A stretch of 64,000 bases of DNA from a virus (Duplodnaviria; Caudoviricetes), in IMG/VR virus record IMGVR_UViG_3300046663_000412, positions 9,278 through 73,277 of that record, one strand, 5' to 3'. Positions 46,074 to 53,537 of the stretch are shown in pieces. Both the position numbers and the translations under genes were made by a program. Every line of letters starts with the position of its first letter. The first letter of the stretch is position 1. The notes beneath the pieces were generated by a model that had not been told where the DNA came from, searched no databases, and worked only from the letters and a program-made list of their open reading frames with translations.

Positions 46074-46100
46074 TTGACACCCGGGAAAAGCGTCGGGACC
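46074..46100 (+). promoter_or_regulatory. Possible late promoter variant
   Basis: TTGACA-N15-GGGACC; overlaps a predicted pseudoknot. Confidence 0.4.
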
Positions 46101-46195
46101 GCGCTCCAGTAATGGATACCCGATGAAGAAAACGCGGTTAAGCCCGGTTGGGTGCTTTAATATCCCTCCGGGCGGAATTTAGAAAGGCAAAAATT

Positions 46196-46555
46196 ATGAA
46201 TGCATGTAGTTGGTTGGTTCATCTGGTAAACTCGCCCAGTGGCGTGCCACCAGAGTATTGGGTGTTGAAAGACGACCAGGGAAACGCTCAGCCATGGCAG
46301 GATTACACCCAGCCCATCGGCGTGGGCAACAACTGGACTCTGACCGCAGTGTATTCGGTGGCTGTCTGCGGCGAGACCTGGGATTTTTTCAACAGCACCA
46401 CAAAAGACCAGTATGGGAATCAGCGCGAGAAGGACTACAGCATCGGGCCGGGCTCCTATGGCCGCACGCTGAAGTTCCACATGGACTGCGACCTGAGTCT
46501 GTTCACAATCGAACCGATTAGCGAAATTCCCTGTCCTCCGCCCAGCCCGCAATGA
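46196..46555 (+). CDS. Hypothetical beta-rich Cys-containing protein
   Basis: 119 aa from MNACSW; ATGA overlap with fcl. Confidence 0.65.
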   Translation: MNACSWLVHLVNSPSGVPPEYWVLKDDQGNAQPWQDYTQPIGVGNNWTLTAVYSVAVCGETWDFFNSTTKDQYGNQREKDYSIGPGSYGRTLKFHMDCDLSLFTIEPISEIPCPPPSPQ

Positions 46556-47448
46556 AAAAAATCCTTGTCACCGGTGGGCATGGTTTTCTTGGCCGCGCGG
46601 TAGTTCGTGAGCTTCGCGTTCGAGGGTATCGTGATGTTCTTAGCCCGGGGCACGACGAGCTTGATTTGCTCAGCGTGCCCCAGGTGTCCGGCTATTTTTT
46701 GGCTGAACAGCCGGACACGGTGATTCACTGCGCGGGGCGAGTCGGCGGAATCTCGGCCAACGTTGCGAAGCCCGCCGACTTCATGCACGACAATCTGCTG
46801 ATGGGGCTGAACGTTCTCAAGGCATGCGCGAGGTATGAGGTTGAAAAACTTTGCATCATTGGCACCTCGTGCAGCTATCCTGCGGGAGCGAGTTGCCCGA
46901 TTAACGAGAGCGAGATGTTCACCGGCCTGCCTGCGAAGGCGACCGGACATTACGGAGTCGCGAAATCGACTTTGTTCATGGCTGCCGATGCTTACCGGAA
47001 GCAATACAAGCTCAAGTCAATTTTGCTGGTGCCAACGAATCTTTACGGCCCCTGGGACAAGTCGAGTCATGTGGTGCCCGACTTGGTGAGAAAGTTTTGT
47101 AGGCAGCCAAAGGCAGTTGAAATCTGGGGCACCGGCAGAGCGACACGAGACTTTCTGTATATCACCGATGCCGCCCAGGGAATTGTAACCGCGTGTGAGA
47201 ACCCCGGCCTGCCGACTGTGCCGATTAATCTCGGCAGCGGTGTCGAGACTCCTATCTCTGAACTTGCGGACCGCATTCGCAGGCTGTCCGGCTCGGAGGC
47301 AGAAATCGTCTGGGCTCACAGTGAGCCGGAGGGTCAGTTGAGAAGGGTGCTCGACATCGAGCGCGCGAAGAACTGGCTCGGTTGGAATCCGCCCACACTT
47401 TTGGAAGATGGTTTACGAGCAACAATTCACGCGTTTAAACATTCATGA
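46552..47448 (+). CDS. fcl: GDP-L-fucose synthase (epimerase/reductase)
   Basis: TGGHGFLG, HCAGRVGGI.AN, GTSCSYP, YGVAK, PTNLYGP, SHVVP, RDFLY. Confidence 0.93.
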   Translation: MKKILVTGGHGFLGRAVVRELRVRGYRDVLSPGHDELDLLSVPQVSGYFLAEQPDTVIHCAGRVGGISANVAKPADFMHDNLLMGLNVLKACARYEVEKLCIIGTSCSYPAGASCPINESEMFTGLPAKATGHYGVAKSTLFMAADAYRKQYKLKSILLVPTNLYGPWDKSSHVVPDLVRKFCRQPKAVEIWGTGRATRDFLYITDAAQGIVTACENPGLPTVPINLGSGVETPISELADRIRRLSGSEAEIVWAHSEPEGQLRRVLDIERAKNWLGWNPPTLLEDGLRATIHAFKHS

Positions 47449-47744
47449 GTGACCCGCTAAGTTATTTTTCCGTCGTTCGGTCTCCGACTATTCCGCATGT
47501 GCTGGAGTTTGCGCGCGCTATGGAATACAAACTCGCGAAGAACCGGCACAAGGGCGACCGCGAAGGCTGGCTAACCAAAGACCCCTGGGAGCTTTTGGTT
47601 TTGTTGCGCAAGGAAGTCAAAGAACTGGAGCTTGCTTTGGAACACACCCAATCCACGGGAGCCGTCCTGTTTGAAGCCGCTGACGTCGCTAACTTTGCGA
47701 TGATGGTTGCCGATTCATACCAGAACCGGAGAAAACTGAGTTGA
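47445..47744 (+). CDS. MazG-like NTP pyrophosphohydrolase fold protein
   Basis: EVKELE..EAADVANFAMM. Confidence 0.7.
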   Translation: MSDPLSYFSVVRSPTIPHVLEFARAMEYKLAKNRHKGDREGWLTKDPWELLVLLRKEVKELELALEHTQSTGAVLFEAADVANFAMMVADSYQNRRKLS

Positions 47745-47767
47745 CAGAATTTTTTGGGGCTGAGACT
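47741..47767 (+). promoter_or_regulatory. Putative phage-sigma (late) promoter
   Basis: TTGACA-N15-GAGACT-N8-ATG. Confidence 0.65.
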
Positions 47768-47775
47768 GTTTATTT

Positions 47776-48006
47776 ATGGCTGTTACACTCACGACCGCTC
47801 AATACAACGTGCTCCAGCACGCAATCAATCAATACGTTCTCGCCACTGCGCCGGAGAACCAGATTCACGACGAATTCATCGAGGAGATTGTCGGCGTGAT
47901 TGTGGCCACCGGCTTCATCGCGAACACTGGCTTGGCCCAGCAGAAGCTCCAAGACCGGCCCCTGACTACTCTGTTAGGATTCGCCGCGTTCCTGGGGCAT
48001 CCGTAA
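47776..48006 (+). CDS. 76-aa hypothetical protein, paralog of the N-terminus of the next gene
   Basis: Ungapped similarity along its whole length. Confidence 0.8.
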   Translation: MAVTLTTAQYNVLQHAINQYVLATAPENQIHDEFIEEIVGVIVATGFIANTGLAQQKLQDRPLTTLLGFAAFLGHP

Positions 48007-48019
48007 ACCAAGGCCCATT

Positions 48020-48907
48020 ATGGCGATAGTGCTCACCGCAGCACAATACGCCGTGTTGCAGCATGCGATTCAATCGTATGTGCTGGGGACGGCTCCGGAG
48101 AACCAGTTCCACGAATCGGCGATTCACGAAATCTCCCGGGTGACTGTTGCGACCGGCTTTCATTCAGACACTCACACCGCGCAGCAAGCTTTCCGAGACC
48201 GACCGTTTACTACACTCGTGGGGTTCGCCGCTTTCATAGGTTTCCCAGGGGGAGGAATATTGCCGGGTCCGCCCAACCGGGTATACTCAACTAATTTTTC
48301 TACTCCTGAGAATCCCTTATCGGAGGGAGGTAATTGGGAAAACGGCGCGGATACGGGACTGGACTGGAGTAATTGTGAGGCGACCGTTAGTGGCGGGGTC
48401 CATTATGCGGCAGGGCTGCAAGACGGTCCTGGTCAGCCCAATTATTCAGACGCTGTGGGATTACTTCTTGGGATATGGACCCCGAATCAGTCAGTCACCG
48501 CAGTGTTTCATTCCTCGGGGGCACCTATCAGTGGATTCAAAGAATCCGAGATTCGATTGCGGTCTTCTCTCTCGGCGCACTCAAGCACCGGGTATGAAAT
48601 CGTTTTCTCGGTCAGTTCTTCGACTCCGTATATTGCGGTCATCCGGTGGAATGGTGCGCTCGGAGATTTCACCGACATCACGCCAGCGCCCACGGACTTA
48701 ACCCACTTTTTGCAGAATGGCGACACGGCGTTCGCAAGCATCATCGGGAACAACATCATCGTGAAACTGAATGGTGCGACCATCTATAATTTTACTGATA
48801 ACTCATTTGCGACGGGGCGTCCTGGTATGGGTTTCTCGGTCCCTAACAACGCGACCGTGGACACTTCATACGGCTGGTCTAGCTTAACAGCCACAGACGG
48901 ACTATAA
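48020..48907 (+). CDS. Duplicated 76-aa module fused to a ConA/lectin-like beta domain
   Basis: C-terminal IIVKLNGATIY..D.SFATGRPGMG. Confidence 0.75.
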   Translation: MAIVLTAAQYAVLQHAIQSYVLGTAPENQFHESAIHEISRVTVATGFHSDTHTAQQAFRDRPFTTLVGFAAFIGFPGGGILPGPPNRVYSTNFSTPENPLSEGGNWENGADTGLDWSNCEATVSGGVHYAAGLQDGPGQPNYSDAVGLLLGIWTPNQSVTAVFHSSGAPISGFKESEIRLRSSLSAHSSTGYEIVFSVSSSTPYIAVIRWNGALGDFTDITPAPTDLTHFLQNGDTAFASIIGNNIIVKLNGATIYNFTDNSFATGRPGMGFSVPNNATVDTSYGWSSLTATDGL

Positions 48908-48933
48908 GTTGTTCTGAAATCGCATTTCGGGAC

Positions 48934-48961
48934 TTGCTTTTTCGTTTTCCGGGTGTAAACT
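48934..48961 (+). promoter_or_regulatory. Host sigma70-type promoter
   Basis: TTGCTT-N16-TAAACT-N6-ATG. Confidence 0.65.
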
Positions 48962-48967
48962 GATTCC

Positions 48968-49195
48968 ATGAATATAGGCAGAACCGTGGTCTCCGGTGTT
49001 TATGGTGCCGGTGAAGTAATTAGCGAAACTGACAACACCCTCACATTGAGGTTGCTTAGGGGTAAAACCGTAGTAACGGTGAATAAAGCAGGCTACCTGC
49101 ATTATATCCCCCGCGCGGAAAGCGATGATTTTGTTCTGCTTCCGCATCGAGGAATGCCGACTCCTCACATTTCCAGCCACCAACGCGCAATATGA
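48968..49195 (+). CDS. Hypothetical protein, probably leaderless
   Basis: 75-aa ORF. Confidence 0.65.
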   Translation: MNIGRTVVSGVYGAGEVISETDNTLTLRLLRGKTVVTVNKAGYLHYIPRAESDDFVLLPHRGMPTPHISSHQRAI

Positions 49196-49950
49196 AGGTC
49201 TATCCCTACCTCCGAGTCTCCGGGGCCACCCAGGTCGAAGGCGACGGGTTCGAGCGACAGCTACAGGCTATCGATACATTCATCGCTTCGGACCCGTCGC
49301 TCGTAGCGGTCAAGGTCGTGCGCGAGGAAGGGGTGTCTGGCACCGTGGAGGCACTCGACCGGCCCGCTTTTTCGGAGCTAATCAAGGATATCGAATCGCT
49401 TAGATGCGGCCCGCTTAACCCGGAAGCAATCGACCCGGCCACACTGGAGCCCGTCGCGATTGTGGTTGAGCGACTCGACCGGCTTGCCCGCACGCTGATG
49501 GTTCAAGAGCTTTTGCTTCGCGAGTGCCGCGACCGGAACATCAAGGTCTATGCCGCAGACCAGGGGCTCGTTGACCAAGCCTCCGACGGGGGTGACCCGA
49601 CGCGGAAATTGATTCGACAAGTTTTGGGAGCGGTAGCAGAATGGGAAAAATCCGCATTAGTCAAAAAGCTGTATGCAGCTAAACAACGAACTGGCCGCTG
49701 GGGCGGCGCAAAACCTTATGGGACATTAAACGACACCGAGAAACGAATCAAGGCCGCGATAATCGGGTGGCAGCCGTTGTATGGCTACAACCGCATCGCG
49801 GAAATGCTCAACATGGTTGGGGATACGAACCGTCACGGGCGTCCCTGGACCAGAGACTCTGTCCGTGACGTAATCAAAGGACGAAATCGAAATGAGAGGA
49901 AGCTACACACAGCACCTGATTCGCACCAGCAGCCGGACACCGGCAGTTGA
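49192..49950 (+). CDS. Serine recombinase (resolvase family) with C-terminal HTH
   Basis: YLRVS catalytic Ser, RQ, EEGVSG, RPAF, VERLDRLAR, AEWEK. Confidence 0.9.
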   Translation: MKVYPYLRVSGATQVEGDGFERQLQAIDTFIASDPSLVAVKVVREEGVSGTVEALDRPAFSELIKDIESLRCGPLNPEAIDPATLEPVAIVVERLDRLARTLMVQELLLRECRDRNIKVYAADQGLVDQASDGGDPTRKLIRQVLGAVAEWEKSALVKKLYAAKQRTGRWGGAKPYGTLNDTEKRIKAAIIGWQPLYGYNRIAEMLNMVGDTNRHGRPWTRDSVRDVIKGRNRNERKLHTAPDSHQQPDTGS

Positions 49951-50130
49951 GAAAGCCCGGGACCTTCACCGGGAGGAATGCGAACGCCGTCTGGCCAAGA
50001 TTCAGAATGGTGCAGACCCGGAGCACAAGAACGGACCGTGGCCGGGGCAGAAACCCGGCGAAGTCAAAGAATAACTGGAAGGACACAAACCTTCCCAGGT
50101 GGTGGACCGGAAACCTAGAAATCCACTCAA

Positions 50131-50170
50131 GCCCGCCGACTCCACCCGTAGGCGGGCGCTTTTTTTTTTT
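50131..50170 (+). terminator. Rho-independent terminator
   Basis: GCCCGCC/GGCGGGC stem plus T11. Confidence 0.85.
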
Positions 50171-50218
50171 CATTTTAGGCCCACACTTCTGGTCTGAACC
50201 TGCGACTGTTATTATGAC

Positions 50219-50368
50219 ATGATAATTGGTTCAATCGTTGGAGTCGGTGCCGCAGTGGCCCTGGCTGTTGTCGTTACTGCCGTTGCCCTCACTCTGTTCT
50301 ATCGCAGAAATGCGAACAAGCAGGGCGTGGTTAACAAGGAAATCGACAGCATCGCCAAGAAGCTCTGA
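50219..50368 (+). CDS. Single-TM small protein (49 aa)
   Basis: MIIGSIVGVGAAVALAVVVTAVALTLFYRRN..; GCGACT at 50202-50207 upstream. Confidence 0.6.
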   Translation: MIIGSIVGVGAAVALAVVVTAVALTLFYRRNANKQGVVNKEIDSIAKKL

Positions 50369-50394
50369 GGCATCCGGCTGTTTTGTTAGCACAC

Positions 50395-50430
50395 GCGGGG
50401 CCTCAGGCATTTCTGGGGCTCCGCCTTTTT
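50395..50430 (+). terminator. Rho-independent terminator
   Basis: 12-bp stem GCGGGGCCTCAG/CTGGGGCTCCGC plus T5. Confidence 0.7.
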
Positions 50431-50438
50431 CGTTTACC

Positions 50439-50741
50439 GTGAAAGCATTTATTCGATACAGACACTCCTCGGAAGCCGGAATAATTAATCTCGCGATTCG
50501 CTCTTGGCGCGCGTGCGGCTTCGACGTCAAACTTTTGCTTCCTGGCATGCCGGACCCTGACTCCGGGCTCCTGGTGAATCCTTGCCAAATTAATTTTGGC
50601 TTTCGGAATAAACCAAAGAAGCTGTTTAAACGCAGCACCAGGAAATTCGGCGCGCGCGGCTGGCGGAAGTCGCCAGTCGTAGAATTCCCCGCTGGCACCC
50701 CCGACACGGTTGTGCTCGCGTGCGGACGAATCCTTCCCTGA
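50439..50741 (+). CDS. Hypothetical protein coupled to terminase start
   Basis: GTG start; TGA overlaps ATG 50741. Confidence 0.55.
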   Translation: MKAFIRYRHSSEAGIINLAIRSWRACGFDVKLLLPGMPDPDSGLLVNPCQINFGFRNKPKKLFKRSTRKFGARGWRKSPVVEFPAGTPDTVVLACGRILP

Positions 50742-52696
50742 TGCCGGACAAGATTACATCGTTACTTGCCCAGGTCGTCGCGCAGGAGATGCATCGTCAC
50801 GAGGTGCAGGCAGCCGCGCGCCGGGTAGCAGACTTTTACAAAATCGCAAAGTTCCGCTGCCGGGATTCCGATGACCCGGAGATTGCGTATCCGGTGCTCC
50901 AGAATTTTTTGCACTCGCTGATGGAAAACCAGGGCATGCGAGAGGCTGCGCAGATTTTGTGGAGCCCGAATCAGTTCACCGCTGAGCCTGAAAGCGTGCG
51001 ACAGGTGTGGGACTTGTTCGATACCTCGAACATGGGGCTGATTATGGGAGCCGCTAAGATGGGCAAATCGTTTTCGATGGGGGTGCGGCTGTTCCTCGAA
51101 TGGGTGCGTGACCCGCTGTGGACTTCGATTCGCGTTGTCGGTCCGAGTGAGAACCATCTGGAAGAAAATCTATTTTCGCATCTAGTGGCGTTGCACAAGC
51201 ACGCTACACTGCCCATGCCCGGGGAAGTAGGCGATTTGTATATCGGGCTCGACCGGCGCAACCAGCTATCGAGTATTCGCGGTGTAGTTATCCCCAAGGG
51301 CAATGTGAAGAAAGCCGGAAGGCTGCAAGGTGGTCACCGTAAGCCGCGACCGATGCCACACCCGGTATTCGGTCCGCTCAGCCGCATGTTTTTGTTCTTG
51401 GACGAAATCGAGAACATCCCCCAGGGTATTTGGATGGACATTGACAACGCACTGTCCGAAATGGAGAAGGACAGCGGGGGATTCAAAGTTTTCGCGGCTT
51501 ACAATCCCAGCGACCTTTCTAATAAGGTTGCTGAGCACGCGGAGCCAGTCTTTGGCTGGAACGAAGTTGACGCGGACACACATTTTCGGTGGGTGTCGAA
51601 GCGCGGCTGGACAGTAATCCGAATCGATGGAGAAAGATGTGAAAACGTTATACAAAACAAAATCGTCTATCCCGGGCTTCAAACACGGGAGGGGCTTGAG
51701 ACAATCGCCCTCAACGCGGGTGGCAGAAATGGCAGCGGATACCTCACCATGGGCAGAGGAATGTATCCGTCACAGTCACTCGAAGCAACTGTCGTTCCTT
51801 CCGGGATGTTTTCGAAATGGCGGGCGGAGGTTATCTGGTATCGAGAGCCAGAGCCGGTAGGCGCGACAGACCTTGCGCTCGAAGGTGGCGATGATGCAGT
51901 CTATGCGCTCGGAAAATTCGGGCTCGCATCCGGCGTGAAGTATCCGCCCAGCCTGAAGCACCCGAACGGTGAGACGGTGCTGTTCCACGACAAGAATAAG
52001 CGAATCGTTCCTCGATGGTGCCTGGAAGCGTCGCAGCTTTTTACTCTGCCTAAGGCGGAGACGCGCGGAATGACCGACAACATCATCGCGACCAATCGTA
52101 AGGCCGGGGTGAAAGGCCAGTATTATGCGTGCGACCGCACCGGCCACGGCTCCGGAGTGGCGGACCTGCTAAGAGACGAATGGTCCACACAAATCCATGA
52201 CGTGAACTACTCCGAGAGCGCCGGGGACGACAAAGAGAAGCTCATGTCGGAAGACTCCAAGTCGTGCAATGAAGAATACGAGCGGATGTATTCGATTTTG
52301 TGGTTCGCGATGAAAAAGTGGGGAGAGTTTCAGTATTTTTTCATCCATCCCTCGATGGATATTAGCAAGGTGATGATTCAAGTTACCAGCCGTCGTTTTA
52401 AGACGACCGCAGGTAAATCCAAAGTAGAAAGCAAACGCGATTATGAGAGCAGAGGATTCCAATCTCCCAACGAAGCAGACGCTATCACCCTACTCATACA
52501 CGCAGCACGGAAAGGCTCTGGTCTTACGTTATCGATGCGGGGCACTGCCGTGGATGTCCCACGCGGACTGGACGACACCGACGACTGGCCCGTCCCAGGA
52601 ACTGAGAACGGGTTCCGAATCGACGCGTCAAACGCGTCCGATTACCTTGACCAATCTATGCGCGCGCCAATCGATGTAGAGAACCCGATTTTATGA
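50741..52696 (+). CDS. terL: Terminase large subunit
   Basis: GAAKMGKS Walker A, FLFLDE Walker B, ATDLALEGGDD, CDRTGHG, SPNEADA nuclease motifs. Confidence 0.88.
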   Translation: MPDKITSLLAQVVAQEMHRHEVQAAARRVADFYKIAKFRCRDSDDPEIAYPVLQNFLHSLMENQGMREAAQILWSPNQFTAEPESVRQVWDLFDTSNMGLIMGAAKMGKSFSMGVRLFLEWVRDPLWTSIRVVGPSENHLEENLFSHLVALHKHATLPMPGEVGDLYIGLDRRNQLSSIRGVVIPKGNVKKAGRLQGGHRKPRPMPHPVFGPLSRMFLFLDEIENIPQGIWMDIDNALSEMEKDSGGFKVFAAYNPSDLSNKVAEHAEPVFGWNEVDADTHFRWVSKRGWTVIRIDGERCENVIQNKIVYPGLQTREGLETIALNAGGRNGSGYLTMGRGMYPSQSLEATVVPSGMFSKWRAEVIWYREPEPVGATDLALEGGDDAVYALGKFGLASGVKYPPSLKHPNGETVLFHDKNKRIVPRWCLEASQLFTLPKAETRGMTDNIIATNRKAGVKGQYYACDRTGHGSGVADLLRDEWSTQIHDVNYSESAGDDKEKLMSEDSKSCNEEYERMYSILWFAMKKWGEFQYFFIHPSMDISKVMIQVTSRRFKTTAGKSKVESKRDYESRGFQSPNEADAITLLIHAARKGSGLTLSMRGTAVDVPRGLDDTDDWPVPGTENGFRIDASNASDYLDQSMRAPIDVENPIL

Positions 52697-53256
52697 AGAC
52701 GTTGAATCCAAACATTCACCCGCACGCGGGACACTTTTTCAAAGACTCAGATGGCGCTACTCTCCGCGCCAGCACTTGGGCCGGGGTTATCAAACGTGTG
52801 ACGCTGTATCGCCAGCGCGCGGGGTATCCTCCCGGTAATCCGGAGCAGGAGGTAATCGCCCAGGCGTGTTCGCGCGACCCGGTGCTGTGCCGGGAGGACA
52901 ACGGGGAACATGCGGCCCAGGTAAAACGGCAGCCGCTGAAGGCGCGCGTTCTCACTTGGTTAACACGGACCAAGGCAGACAAAGAAAAAGAATTCGTGGA
53001 AGAGACAGTTGCTCGTCAACGCGCGGCTATCTGCGCGACGTGTCCGAATAACAAGGACCTTCCTGGAGGATGCGCGTCTTGTAGGGCTGCTACGAAAATT
53101 CTCCGGGAGCAGATTATCGAGCGCCGTTTTCAGGATGGAAGACTTCGGGCCTGTGATGCGCTCGGCGAAGACTTGCCCACCTCGGTGAACCTGGAGCTTC
53201 AGTCAGTCGAAGATGCGTCACTCCCGGCAAACTGCTGGAGGAAGCGCACGATATGA
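52693..53256 (+). CDS. Cys-rich hypothetical protein
   Basis: CATCP..CASC..CDALG..NCW. Confidence 0.7.
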   Translation: MKTLNPNIHPHAGHFFKDSDGATLRASTWAGVIKRVTLYRQRAGYPPGNPEQEVIAQACSRDPVLCREDNGEHAAQVKRQPLKARVLTWLTRTKADKEKEFVEETVARQRAAICATCPNNKDLPGGCASCRAATKILREQIIERRFQDGRLRACDALGEDLPTSVNLELQSVEDASLPANCWRKRTI

Positions 53257-53501
53257 TTTTGGTCTTCCTAAAGTTCTTCGCGGCATATTTTCGGGCTAAG
53301 CTCGCCAGCTTCCAGGGCTATGAGGTGATTGCCCCTCCACTGGCGCAGGACCGGCGTTTGGAGATTTGCAATATGTGCGACTTTTTCCAGGACGGGGAGT
53401 GCCTGAGGTGCGGGTGCTCCGTCGTCGCGAAGACGATGATGGCGACCGAGAAATGCCCGATAGGCCGATGGAAACGGCTTTGGATAAGGAAGAAGAATTG
53501 A
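53253..53501 (+). CDS. DUF6171-like Cys-rich protein
   Basis: RRLEICNMC..CLRCGC..K......CPIGRW. Confidence 0.75.
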   Translation: MILVFLKFFAAYFRAKLASFQGYEVIAPPLAQDRRLEICNMCDFFQDGECLRCGCSVVAKTMMATEKCPIGRWKRLWIRKKN

Positions 53502-53524
53502 CAACCACCCGCTACACAGCGACT
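53498..53524 (+). promoter_or_regulatory. Putative phage-sigma (late) promoter for portal operon
   Basis: TTGACA-N15-GCGACT, 13 nt before ATG. Confidence 0.75.
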
Positions 53525-53537
53525 TCTCTACTGAGCA

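Noticed and set aside
49192-49950. Insertion sequence or transposon
   Set aside because: No transposase, terminal inverted repeats or target duplication found around the recombinase.
50231-50707. 158-aa - strand ORF
   Set aside because: The + strand here has a promoter element, two coherent ORFs and a terminator, which explain the region better.
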